DNA from: an uncultured virus (IMG/VR IMGVR_UViG_3300009167_000001)
Lineage: Duplodnaviria; Heunggongvirae; Uroviricota; Caudoviricetes
Length of the DNA: 55,143 bases
Direction: 5' to 3' (one strand)
IMG/VR virus record: IMGVR_UViG_3300009167_000001
Part shown: piece by piece, positions 8,822 through 17,794 of the stretch
Position numbering within the stretch: position 1 is the stretch's first letter
How the letters are laid out: every line of letters begins with the position of its first letter
Translations under genes and position numbers: made by a program
The notes under the pieces: generated by a model
Told to the model about the DNA's origin: nothing
The model's database searches: none
The model's input: only the letters and a program-made list of their open reading frames with translations

Positions 8822-9060
8822 ATATTTATCTAGTAAAAAGAGTTGATAAACCGTGGTATGATGAAACTCATGGCATGGTAGTAATAGCTAAAACTTTTAC
8901 TGAAGCAGAGAAATTTGCCGTTAATGATATCAATGACTATGATGGTCATAGAAGAGAAATCACATCTGCTGATATTTATATCCATCACATAGGTAAAACC
9001 GTAGAGGGATATGTTTATGATGTTCCTCATGTTGTATTGAGAGATTTCCATGCTGGGTAA
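8818..9060 (+). CDS. hypothetical protein
   Basis: 80-aa ORF, ATGA coupling; MNIYLVKR..YDE...VVIA pattern common in phages. Confidence 0.55.
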   Translation: MNIYLVKRVDKPWYDETHGMVVIAKTFTEAEKFAVNDINDYDGHRREITSADIYIHHIGKTVEGYVYDVPHVVLRDFHAG

Positions 9061-9246
9061 TATAATTAAAATAGATTTAAAAGATGGAACGGGAATAGAA
9101 CTTCGTATAAGTTTAGGCTTTGAAGTTCACGCTACGTCTACTGGAGTTTATATCATCTATAGATATAATGTGTCAAAAACATCTCAAATAGCTTATATTC
9201 CTTACAAAGCTATTTTGAATTTTAAAGTTGTAGAAGAGGTTTATGA

Positions 9247-9906
9247 ATGAAAGTTATAATGAAAGCAAGAGTTGGCTCTCATCTTTATGGTCTTAACACA
9301 GAACATTCTGACGAAGATTTTCTTGGAGTCTTCATAAGACCTACAAGAGAAGTTCTTAGTTTCTTTCACAATGAAGAAACTTATGTCACTAAAGAGCCTG
9401 ATACTACACTTCATGAATTGAAGAAGTTTATGTACTTAGCTGCTAAAGGAAATCCTACTATACTTGAGCTTTTATTTGTGCCAGAGTATGAAGTGTTAGA
9501 ATATGAAGGACACATGCTTTTAGATTATAGAGATTGCTTTTTAAGTAATCATATAAGAGATTCCTTTGGTGGCTATGCTTATCAACAGGCTAAAAAGCTT
9601 CAGCAAAGAGAGGCAGAAGGATTAGAGGGATTCAATCCCGCAGTAAAGAATCGGTATGCTAAACATGCTCGTCATTGTTTTAGGCTGCTTAGACAAGGTA
9701 AAGAGCTTCTGGAAATGGGTTGGCTTAATCCTAAGTTATCTAATCCAGAAGAGTATTTTGCTATAGGTGAACTGCCAACAGCCGAATTGGTAGCTAAATT
9801 TGTAGACGAATATGATGCCTTTCTTCAAGCTAAGTCTGTACTTCCAGATGAACCCGATTGGGAACAACTTGATAATCTATTATTGTTACTAAGAGTAGGG
9901 ATATAG
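9247..9906 (+). CDS. Pol-beta superfamily nucleotidyltransferase (RlaP-like)
   Basis: GSHLYGLNTEHSDEDFLGVF, KGNPTILELLF, KHARHCFRLL motifs. Confidence 0.8.
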   Translation: MKVIMKARVGSHLYGLNTEHSDEDFLGVFIRPTREVLSFFHNEETYVTKEPDTTLHELKKFMYLAAKGNPTILELLFVPEYEVLEYEGHMLLDYRDCFLSNHIRDSFGGYAYQQAKKLQQREAEGLEGFNPAVKNRYAKHARHCFRLLRQGKELLEMGWLNPKLSNPEEYFAIGELPTAELVAKFVDEYDAFLQAKSVLPDEPDWEQLDNLLLLLRVGI

Positions 9907-9907
9907 A

Positions 9908-11071
9908 ATGAAAGTAATAGCAACTGAGAAATTACCTATCAAGTTATGGTTGGAAGACATAGAGGATGGTGCTTTGGAACAGGCCAAACATCTTGCTAAT
10001 CTTCCTTTCATACATAAGCATGTAGCAATCATGCCTGATTCTCATGAAGGATATGGAATGCCTATTGGTGGAGTATTAGCTACCAAAGGTGTAGTAATTC
10101 CTAATGCGGTTGGTGTAGATATTGGTTGTGGAATGTGTGCTGTAAAAACTGACCAATACCAACACTGGATTCAACCCGAACAGTACAAACAAATAATGGG
10201 TAGAATTCGGGAAGAGATTCCTGTAGGATTTTCTCACCAGGAAACTGCTCAACAAATTCGTGATTTGCCTGATGGTGTAGAAGAAGACTATGTTATTGCA
10301 AGACAATATCTTGCAGCCCAAAAACAAATTGGAACTCTTGGTGGTGGAAACCATTTTATTGAGATTCAGTATGATGAAAAAGGCATGGTCTGGATAATGG
10401 TTCATTCTGGTTCTAGAAATCTTGGCAAGCAAGTTGCTGATGTGTATAATAAATGGGCGGTTCATTTGAATGAGCGTTGGCATTCTCAGGTTCCTAAAGA
10501 ATGGCAGCTTGCTTTTCTTCCTATTGAAGAAGAAGTAGCCAAGAGATACATCATTGAAATGCAATACTGTGTAGATTTTGCCTTAGATAATAGATTAAAT
10601 ATGATGAACAAAATCCAGGATATCTTTGCAGAAGTTCTTGGTGTAGTTGGCTATGGTGATATAATTAACATAGCTCATAACTATGCTGTTTGGGAAAACC
10701 ATTTTGGACAGAATGTTATTGTTCATAGAAAAGGTGCTACTCGCGCTAGAACAGGAGAGATAGGAATAATTCCTGGTAGCATGGGTACTTCGTCTTATAT
10801 TGTGGAAGGATTAGGAAATGCTGAATCGTTTACGTCTTGCTCTCATGGTGCGGGTAGGAGAATGGGTAGAAAAGAAGCTACAAAAAGACTGGACCTTAGT
10901 ACAGAAATCGGAAACATGGACGCAAAAGGAATCATACATGGTCTTAGAAATCAATCAGACTTGGATGAAGCGCCAGGAGCTTACAAAGATATAGATGAAG
11001 TGATGGAAAATCAAAAAGACCTTGTTAAGATTCTTGTTAAATTACAACCATTGGCGGTAATAAAGGGATGA
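9908..11071 (+). CDS. rtcB: RNA-splicing ligase RtcB
   Basis: MPDSHEGYGMPIG, VGVDIGCG, GTLGGGNHFIE, HSGSR, HRKGAT, IPGSMG, HGAGR, DEAPGAYK. Confidence 0.95.
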   Translation: MKVIATEKLPIKLWLEDIEDGALEQAKHLANLPFIHKHVAIMPDSHEGYGMPIGGVLATKGVVIPNAVGVDIGCGMCAVKTDQYQHWIQPEQYKQIMGRIREEIPVGFSHQETAQQIRDLPDGVEEDYVIARQYLAAQKQIGTLGGGNHFIEIQYDEKGMVWIMVHSGSRNLGKQVADVYNKWAVHLNERWHSQVPKEWQLAFLPIEEEVAKRYIIEMQYCVDFALDNRLNMMNKIQDIFAEVLGVVGYGDIINIAHNYAVWENHFGQNVIVHRKGATRARTGEIGIIPGSMGTSSYIVEGLGNAESFTSCSHGAGRRMGRKEATKRLDLSTEIGNMDAKGIIHGLRNQSDLDEAPGAYKDIDEVMENQKDLVKILVKLQPLAVIKG

Positions 11072-11391
11072 AAAAGTCTCCGAAGATAAGAGTTACTAGA
11101 ACTATTGATGAAGATATTAAATGGGAATTAGATGGTAGTTTAGAGAATGCCATTAAAACTCTTCAAACTTATTATGATAATCATAAAGATGATTTTGAAA
11201 ATCTCTATCTAGAAATAGATACTTATTATGATTATGGTGATTCTTATGCTAAAGTTTCTCTCATTGGTAGTAGACCAGAAACAGATGAAGAGTATGAAAA
11301 AAGAATAAGAATTGATATGGAATATAAAGAAAGAAAAGTAGCAGAAGAGAAAAAACAATATGAGCAGCTTAAAAAGAAATATGAGCCGTAA
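11068..11391 (+). CDS. hypothetical protein
   Basis: 107 aa; G.RPETDEEY..R...KQYEQLKKKY pattern. Confidence 0.55.
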   Translation: MKKSPKIRVTRTIDEDIKWELDGSLENAIKTLQTYYDNHKDDFENLYLEIDTYYDYGDSYAKVSLIGSRPETDEEYEKRIRIDMEYKERKVAEEKKQYEQLKKKYEP

Positions 11392-11393
11392 AA

Positions 11394-11564
11394 ATGTTAT
11401 GTCCTGAGTGTGGTGGAGATAGAGTTCATAAAATCCAGGATAAGTCTGGAGAGAAGATTAAGCAAAAACGGTCTACTTTAATGATGTGTTCAGATTGTGG
11501 TTATACATTTAGACTAGTAGTAGTTGGAAAGGGTAAAGATGGAAGTCAAGCCTCTGATAGATGA
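11394..11564 (+). CDS. Zn-ribbon microprotein (56 aa, below ORF-track cutoff)
   Basis: MLCPECGG...MCSDCGYTF translated by hand. Confidence 0.55.
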   Translation: MLCPECGGDRVHKIQDKSGEKIKQKRSTLMMCSDCGYTFRLVVVGKGKDGSQASDR

Positions 11565-12138
11565 AGAAGAGCCTAAAACTCAAGTGGTTGTCAAAGAGCG
11601 CACGAAGCAGTTTTTACAATTACCTTTAACTCGCCAGGAAATGATATTGACAGCGGCTATTGGTTATGAGATAATGAATCAGCAGGAGAAACTGCTTAAA
11701 GCTCGTAGAGACAATGAAATCCGTCCTATTGTTGAAGGTGCCGCAGATGCTTATGGCATAGAAGACCAGAATGGTCATTTGCATTTGGTTATGTCTTCTA
11801 CCATAGAAGACCAGGAAGTAAATACTGAAGTAATTAGAACCAAAAGAATCTCTCGCACTTTGAATAGTGTAAAAGCTGAAGCTCTCTTAAAAGAGAAAGG
11901 GCTTTATGAATCTTGCGTAATTCAAGTAATCTCTTGGGAGTTTGATGAAGAAAAGATTATTGAAGCTTATAATGCTGGTATGTTATCAGCGGGTGAGCTT
12001 GATGATATTTTCTCTGAGCGTATTGATTGGGCAACTAAAGTAAATACCGATTTGCCTGAAGTTAAAGAGTTAGAAACGATTCGCAAAGAGATAGAAAAAG
12101 CTAAGAAAGGAGAGTTACCAGAAATTGAGTCAAGTTGA
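11539..12138 (+). CDS. hypothetical phage protein
   Basis: ~199-aa acidic/helical ORF. Confidence 0.6.
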   Translation: MEVKPLIDEEEPKTQVVVKERTKQFLQLPLTRQEMILTAAIGYEIMNQQEKLLKARRDNEIRPIVEGAADAYGIEDQNGHLHLVMSSTIEDQEVNTEVIRTKRISRTLNSVKAEALLKEKGLYESCVIQVISWEFDEEKIIEAYNAGMLSAGELDDIFSERIDWATKVNTDLPEVKELETIRKEIEKAKKGELPEIESS

Positions 12139-12379
12139 AGCTGAATTTTTACCTAATCATGTTTATAAGATAGCATATAAGCCAGCTAGAAATGCGGGAT
12201 ATCACACTGGTCTTGATGTAGAATTAGTCTGTGCTAGTTGTGGTGGAAATCAATGGAGCTATCACATAAGAACTGGTACAGGTAAATTACCAGAAGACCA
12301 AATGAAATTAAAATGCACAGAATGTGGTCAGTGGTTTATCTGTAATAGAAAAGAGATAACTAAAATTCTTGGGCTGTAA
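12125..12379 (+). CDS. Zn-ribbon protein
   Basis: CASC...CTEC. Confidence 0.55.
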   Translation: MSQVEAEFLPNHVYKIAYKPARNAGYHTGLDVELVCASCGGNQWSYHIRTGTGKLPEDQMKLKCTECGQWFICNRKEITKILGL

Positions 12380-12380
12380 A

Positions 12381-12836
12381 ATGCATCTTTATCAAATAAA
12401 AGAACATGAAGTTCCCCTTTATACTCTAAGGTATCTTAAATATATCTTCGGTTCCTCTAGGAGTGCTGTAATTAACAAGGAAGCTAGAGGACATTTACCT
12501 CCAGCAAACTTCCGAAATGAGCAAGGAAACCGCTTGTATTCTATAGAAGACCTTGCTATAATTGACTACATCTATAAAGAGGTTTGGCCTTATAAGCAGG
12601 GTATTCAAGTACCTGAGTGGGTTAAAGAATTGTCTGCCGAAGCCCTTGCACAAAGTAAGAGGGTTGTGGTAGAATATGGCAAGTCCTTGAATGATGACGA
12701 TTGGAAAGAGCTTCATCAGAAGTACAGTCAGTTTAATCGGTTCAGAGTTCAGCTTTATATTGAAAGTTGGAGAAGAAGACTTTTAGACACAAATAAATTT
12801 TTTCCAGAACTAGTAGAGGATGAAAATGAAATTTAG
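12381..12836 (+). CDS. MerR-like HTH DNA-binding protein
   Basis: EARGHLPPANFRNEQGNRLYS resembles the MerR wing motif. Confidence 0.55.
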   Translation: MHLYQIKEHEVPLYTLRYLKYIFGSSRSAVINKEARGHLPPANFRNEQGNRLYSIEDLAIIDYIYKEVWPYKQGIQVPEWVKELSAEALAQSKRVVVEYGKSLNDDDWKELHQKYSQFNRFRVQLYIESWRRRLLDTNKFFPELVEDENEI

Positions 12837-13086
12837 AGTTGGAGATTTAGTTAAAGTAAGAGACGATTTGCCAGAGGATGCTCCAGCATATCAGGACCAG
12901 GATTATTTTGATAGCTTTTATAATACTGAGGACTTGCTCATACAAGTAATAAAACAGGTAAAGGGTGGTAGATTATTAATCCTAGATGAAAAAGATGAAT
13001 GGGGTTTAATTCCAACAGAAATGGAAGTGACAGTAACATTCATAATTACTCCCCGTTTTGAAGAAAAAGAATTGGAGTTAATATGA
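12826..13086 (+). CDS. SH3/KOW-like paralog 1
   Basis: MKFRVGDLVKV...FEEKELELI. Confidence 0.65.
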   Translation: MKFRVGDLVKVRDDLPEDAPAYQDQDYFDSFYNTEDLLIQVIKQVKGGRLLILDEKDEWGLIPTEMEVTVTFIITPRFEEKELELI

Positions 13087-13295
13087 GCTTTGAAATTGGT
13101 GATGATGTAAAAGTATTAAACTTTGATGCTCTTCCTCTTCCTAAGAATGAACAAGAGGAATTTAATATGTATATTGGATTAGTAGGAACAGTTGTTGACA
13201 TAATTGATGATTATGAATCTGTTACTCCAATTGGAGTAGAGTTTTCAAACTTACACTTTCTGTGGTTTGGGGAAAGCGAGATAGAAAAGGTATGA
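13083..13295 (+). CDS. SH3/KOW-like paralog 2
   Basis: MSFEIGDDVKV...IGLVGTVV...PIGVEF...FGESEIEKV. Confidence 0.65.
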   Translation: MSFEIGDDVKVLNFDALPLPKNEQEEFNMYIGLVGTVVDIIDDYESVTPIGVEFSNLHFLWFGESEIEKV

Positions 13296-13480
13296 ATCTA
13301 GAAGTTGGAGATGTTGTAAGAGTTAGCAATCCGACTAATTCAATGTTAAAAGAATTTTATTTAGGTGCTTTAGGTATAATCTCTAAGATTGCTAAGAGAA
13401 AAAACTATCCAATAGAAGGTAGGTTTCCAGATGGAGCTAATTATGCATTCAATGAAAAGGAATTGGAGTTTATAGAATGA
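13292..13480 (+). CDS. SH3/KOW-like paralog 3
   Basis: MNLEVGDVVRV...GALGII...YPIEGRF...FNEKELEFI. Confidence 0.65.
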   Translation: MNLEVGDVVRVSNPTNSMLKEFYLGALGIISKIAKRKNYPIEGRFPDGANYAFNEKELEFIE

Positions 13481-13668
13481 AGTTTGAACTTGGAGATAAA
13501 GTAAAGGTTTTAGATGCTTATCCTGGGTCTAGTGTAGCAAACTCTGGAGATATTGGAGTTGTAGTAGATAACACAGGAGCCTATTTTGAATTAGCTTTTC
13601 CAGTAAAGGTTACATTTAAAAAGGGCGATGAAATATTTAGAGAAGAAGAGTTGGAATTAGTAAAATGA
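13477..13668 (+). CDS. SH3/KOW-like paralog 4
   Basis: MKFELGDKVKV...GDIGVV...FPVKVTF...FREEELELV. Confidence 0.65.
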   Translation: MKFELGDKVKVLDAYPGSSVANSGDIGVVVDNTGAYFELAFPVKVTFKKGDEIFREEELELVK

Positions 13669-13934
13669 AGGGAAATAATTTTGGTCTTCCGTTTGATTTT
13701 GAGCCAAAGTATAATTTAGATAGAAACTATCTTACTTGTATTAATCTTTTTAAGCCGGGTGATATAGTGACTGTTGAACGGTCAATAACGGAAGATACAA
13801 AAGATTTGATTGGAGCATCTGGAATATTAGCAGAAACATTTTCAGGAGTTTGTTTGGTAAGATTGTTTGGAAGTAATCGTGCTATTGTGTTTCATAACTC
13901 AGAATTGAGGTTTTATAATGAAACAAGGATTTAG
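13665..13934 (+). CDS. SH3/KOW-like paralog 5 (N-terminally extended)
   Basis: FKPGDIVTV...IGASGIL...LVRLF...FHNSELRF. Confidence 0.55.
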   Translation: MKGNNFGLPFDFEPKYNLDRNYLTCINLFKPGDIVTVERSITEDTKDLIGASGILAETFSGVCLVRLFGSNRAIVFHNSELRFYNETRI

Positions 13935-14184
13935 TGCAGGTTGTTCTCTTGAAGTCACACTCAAATTTGCAGAGTATGAAAATCTCAAACCAAGTTTTTG
14001 GTGTGGTATCTCAGAAGAGTGGGAAACAGAAGAACCTGTTTCTTATGATAATCTTAAAGTTAAAATTTCTACTGTACAAGATATGTGTAGAACAATTTGT
14101 GAAGAAAAGATAGACACAGACATTTACGATGTAAAAACTGTCAAAGTCTTTGAACAAATAAACTACAAAAAGAAAGGAAAATAA
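13918..14184 (+). CDS. hypothetical protein
   Basis: 88-aa ORF directly upstream of SSB. Confidence 0.5.
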   Translation: MKQGFSAGCSLEVTLKFAEYENLKPSFWCGISEEWETEEPVSYDNLKVKISTVQDMCRTICEEKIDTDIYDVKTVKVFEQINYKKKGK

Positions 14185-14187
14185 ATT

Positions 14188-14817
14188 ATGGGTAATTGGT
14201 TTAGTAAAGGTTTTGAGGAAGCGGAAGCGCAGGTAGCAGCAAATACAGGCAATTGGACTAGAGAGTTCTTTCTGAAAAGTAATGAAGAGGCTAAGGGTGT
14301 TCGCATCCTAGATGAAGATTCTACTAATATTCGTGACCATTTTGTAAAAGGCAAGGGTTGGTATACTTGTATTCAAGGTATTGGTGACGAAAATTGTCCG
14401 TTGTGTGAGGCTGGAAACAAAGCTACAAACCACTTCGTTTTCAATGTGTTTGACCCTAGAGAATATACTGACCGTAAGGGTGAAACTCATAAAGACCAAG
14501 TTAAAATTTGGAGAGTAGGTATTACTCTTCTTCGTGTGCTTAATAAAAAGCGTAATAAGTACGGTCCTTATCCTACATGGATTATGGAAGTCAGTAAAAT
14601 AGGTTCTGGTCAAAGTACAGCCTGGAATATTGAAATTGAAAAGGCTGAGAAAGAGTTCAAACTTTCTGAAGGTCAAGAATTGTATGACCTAGAAGAAGTT
14701 TTAGCTCCTAAGACTAGAGCAGAATTGTTAGCTGTTCTTAGTGGCGCTCCTACATCTACTTCTGATGATGAAGATGATGGAGACGATGAACCTATCGACT
14801 GGAAAAAGAAACTATAA
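14188..14817 (+). CDS. single-stranded DNA-binding protein (gp32-like)
   Basis: H...C...CPLC Zn site, aromatic-rich OB-like core, acidic tail DDEDDGDDEPIDW; adjacent to polymerase. Confidence 0.7.
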   Translation: MGNWFSKGFEEAEAQVAANTGNWTREFFLKSNEEAKGVRILDEDSTNIRDHFVKGKGWYTCIQGIGDENCPLCEAGNKATNHFVFNVFDPREYTDRKGETHKDQVKIWRVGITLLRVLNKKRNKYGPYPTWIMEVSKIGSGQSTAWNIEIEKAEKEFKLSEGQELYDLEEVLAPKTRAELLAVLSGAPTSTSDDEDDGDDEPIDWKKKL

Positions 14818-14823
14818 AGGAAA

Positions 14824-14861
14824 GGGGGAAGCTGATAGCTTGGCTTCCCCCACCTTTTTTT
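14824..14861 (+). terminator. rho-independent terminator
   Basis: GGGGGAAGC...GCTTCCCCC stem followed by T7. Confidence 0.8.
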
Positions 14862-14878
14862 CTCAAAAGAAAAAATAA

Positions 14879-16776
14879 ATGATTATTTTAACTGAAGAAG
14901 CATTAGATAATGTATTAGAAACTCTATCAACTTCTGAGTTGATAGCCTTTGACTTTGAGACAATGCCATCAGGCTTATATCCTGACGTTGATAAAAAAGA
15001 AGCTTCTATTCATCACAAAATGCTAGAGATTGAAGGTCTTGCTCTAAGAAGTGAAAAACTTGAGCCTGTGTACATTCCATTTACCGATACAGAGGTATCG
15101 AGAATATATCTAGTAGAGCAATTAAAGAAGCTTTTTAGTCAGGATTCTCTGTTCATAGCACATAACATACAGTTTGATGCTAAAGTAGCAGATTACTTTC
15201 TTGGAGCAAGACCTAAAAATAAATTCTGTACGCTTGTTGGCTACTGGTATCTTGATGAAAACGTTCCAAAGGATGCCAAAACTCTTGCCAAAAAACATTT
15301 TGGCATGGATATGATTTCTTATGATGAGGCTAAAAAACTTTCAAAAGAAGAATTCTATGAATATGCCAAAAGAGATGCTCAAGCTACTTACTTGTTGTAT
15401 TTCTTTCTAAAAGAAAATCTTGAAAAGAAACATTGGCATTTAGCATCTACAATAGAGATGCAATTTATTGACGTTCTTATAGATATGACTTTACATGGAA
15501 CGCCTTGTGACCTTGATTACCTTAAAAAAGGTGAAGAGCTTCTTACCAACAAGGCAATAGAACTAGAAGCTAAAATCCATAGAGAGCTTGGAGAGTTTAA
15601 CATTGGTTCTACTCAACAACTTTGTGAAAAAATCTACGGAATAAAAATTAAAAGAACTAAGGCTGAAGGTTTAACTCTAACTAAAGTAGACGATTATAGT
15701 TCCAAAAAGTATGCCAAGGTTATAGATACAACTGAAACTGGTGCGCCTAGCACAGATGAAAAAGCTTTATCTAAATTAAATACTCCTGCTGCTAATCTCA
15801 TAAAAGAATATCGTGGGATAATGAAGCTTCTTTCTACCTATGCCATAGGATATCAGAAGTATGTTATTGACAATAGAATTTATCCTACGTTCAATAACTC
15901 AGGCAAGGAATCATTCCAATATGGTACAGTAACAGGAAGATTAAGTTCTGCTGCTCCCAACATGCAAAATATTTCTCATGAAGCTACAGAAGGATGGTGG
16001 CTAAGAGAAGCTATTTATGCTCCTGAAGGATATGATTTAATTGTAGCTGATGAATCCCAGCTAGAAGTACGATTGCTTGCTCATTTTAGTAAGGATGAAT
16101 ATTTAACTCAGGCTATTAGGTCTGGAGAAGATGTTCACTTAGCGACAGGAAAGCTTATTTCAACAAAGATGATATTGATAAGGAAGAAAGACGCTTTGCC
16201 AAGACCATGAATTTCTCCATAAGTTATGGTCAAGGAATAAATGCTATTGCTGAAGCCTTGAAAGTTACTCCAGCAGAGGCAAAACAGTTTAAATATGACT
16301 ATTTTGATACGTTTCCTGGTGTAGATGATTGGGTTACAAGGGTTGGGAATAGGGTTGTAAATCCAGAAAATGCTGACCATCATGTTATAACTATAATTGG
16401 AAGAAAAAGAAGATTTCCAGAGATACCAGCATTACAGATTTTGCCAACTGATTCAGAAGAAGTATACAAATATAAAAGAGGGCAACTAGCTAGAGTTAAA
16501 CGTCAAGCTGTTAACTCTATTATCCAAGGCTCTGCTTCTGACGTTTTAAAAATGGCTATGGTATGGATAAGCCAGGAGTTTAAAAACAAACAATTAGACG
16601 CACATATAATTCTTCAAGTTCATGATGAACTTGTGATAGAATCTAGAAAAGACTATACAGAACAAGCTATGGAGATAGTCAAGAATCATATGGAAAGACC
16701 GTTTGAAGACGAGCTAGATGTTCCCCTAGAAGTTAAGCCGATGAAAGTTAAAAAATGGAGTGAGGGAAAGGATTGA
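14879..16776 (+). CDS. polA: family A DNA polymerase (3'-5' exo + pol), interrupted by a 1-nt frameshift at ~16158-16160
   Basis: ExoI AFDFET, ExoII AHNIQFD, ExoIII YAKRDA, TVTGRLSS..PNMQN, motif A ADESQLEVR; motif B RRFAKTMNFSISYG and motif C LQVHDELV lie in the -1 frame. Confidence 0.9.
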
Positions 16777-16949
16777 TAGGTCTAGTTGAAAAAATTAAAT
16801 CCAACTTTGATGTGCGGAAACCGGCCTTGCAACCTCCCGCTACAGTACCGCTAGGACGCGCTACAGCACCGCTACAGCGCGTCGGTTTCGCGCCGGTAGT
16901 ATCGGACCTATGCCACCGCGCCGCCGATTCTAGCGTGTCTGCGCTCTAA
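16773..16949 (+). CDS. 58-aa ORF spanning a GC-rich island
   Basis: TTG start overlaps polA TGA; TAA stop overlaps ATG of next gene; open throughout (MIGLVEKIKSNFDVRKPALQPPATVPLGRATAPLQR...). Confidence 0.4.
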   Translation: MIGLVEKIKSNFDVRKPALQPPATVPLGRATAPLQRVGFAPVVSDLCHRAADSSVSAL

Positions 16950-17521
16950 TGCTAAAAGAAAAGGAGAAACAAATAAATAATGCATTGAAAATTTGGTTCT
17001 GTGGTTCACATGGTACAGGAAAGACTACTCAAATGGAGTACTTTTTGAGTATTCATCCTAACTTTAATCGCTTGGAAATGGAAAGGCGAAGCCTCTTAGA
17101 AGCTGGAATTATAAAAGTAAATAAGGATGCTGCTCCTTGGGATGAAATAGTAATAGCTGGAAATGCTATGTTAGCTATGTTATCTACTTCTACACCATTT
17201 ATTTCTGATAGAAGCTGGGTAGATAAATGTGCTTATTCTCAATGCCTACCATTTAAAAATGAACTTCTTGATGCATATCATACTGTTAACACTAATGCTT
17301 TCTTTGGTTTTACCGAAAACGATAAATATTTTTACTTTCCTCCTATATTACCACTAGAAGATGATGGCGTTCGTTCTCTTGACCCTCAATATCAAAAAGA
17401 TATAGACTCTATGATTATATTTTATCTAGATTACTTTAAAATACCATATCATATAATGGAAACAACAACTGTGCAAGATAGACATTTTGAAATAGAAAAG
17501 GTTCTAGGAACACTTAAATGA
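16949..17521 (+). CDS. P-loop NTPase/kinase (AAA_28, NadR/Ttd14-like)
   Basis: GSHGTGKTT Walker A, ISDRS..D...Y, LEDDGVRS. Confidence 0.75.
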   Translation: MLKEKEKQINNALKIWFCGSHGTGKTTQMEYFLSIHPNFNRLEMERRSLLEAGIIKVNKDAAPWDEIVIAGNAMLAMLSTSTPFISDRSWVDKCAYSQCLPFKNELLDAYHTVNTNAFFGFTENDKYFYFPPILPLEDDGVRSLDPQYQKDIDSMIIFYLDYFKIPYHIMETTTVQDRHFEIEKVLGTLK

Positions 17522-17688
17522 AATATAAGGAATATGAAAGTGCATTCATAAGATGCCCTGAATGCGGTAATTATATAGATGAAGATTCTTTGATGTGCAA
17601 AAAATGTGGCTATGATTATTCGAAGGAGATAAGAAATGGCAAACCTAGTTACTCCAAAAATAGAACCAAGGCGAAAAGATATTGTTAA
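17518..17688 (+). CDS. Zn-ribbon microprotein (56 aa)
   Basis: RCPECG...MCKKCGYD translated by hand; ATGA coupling. Confidence 0.55.
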   Translation: MKYKEYESAFIRCPECGNYIDEDSLMCKKCGYDYSKEIRNGKPSYSKNRTKAKRYC

Positions 17689-17713
17689 AACATTTCAAGA
17701 GGTTTGTACTGGC

Positions 17714-17742
17714 TTGACAATTCTTTTCTCCTACAGTATACT
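17714..17742 (+). promoter_or_regulatory. sigma70/sigmaA-type promoter upstream of recA
   Basis: TTGACA-N17-TATACT, ~50 nt before the recA ATG. Confidence 0.7.
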
Positions 17743-17794
17743 GTGGTTATTAATTGGAGCGTTAGGTTATAGAATTTTCTTATGGGTGTTCTAA

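Noticed and set aside
16207..16776. Independent second polymerase subunit or intron-split polA
   Set aside because: The halves join with a single-base correction, no intervening sequence exists, and the ATG lies inside motif B
16838..16880. Mini CRISPR array from CGCTACAG repeats
   Set aside because: Repeats are 8 nt with irregular short spacing, incompatible with CRISPR geometry
16949..17521. Kinase of a thymidine hypermodification pathway (with dCMP deaminase)
   Set aside because: No thymidylate synthase or dUMP hydroxymethylase homolog is recognisable in the window; evidence is insufficient
17743..17794. LexA/SOS box upstream of recA
   Set aside because: No GAAC-N4-GTTC or CTGT-N8-ACAG match seen
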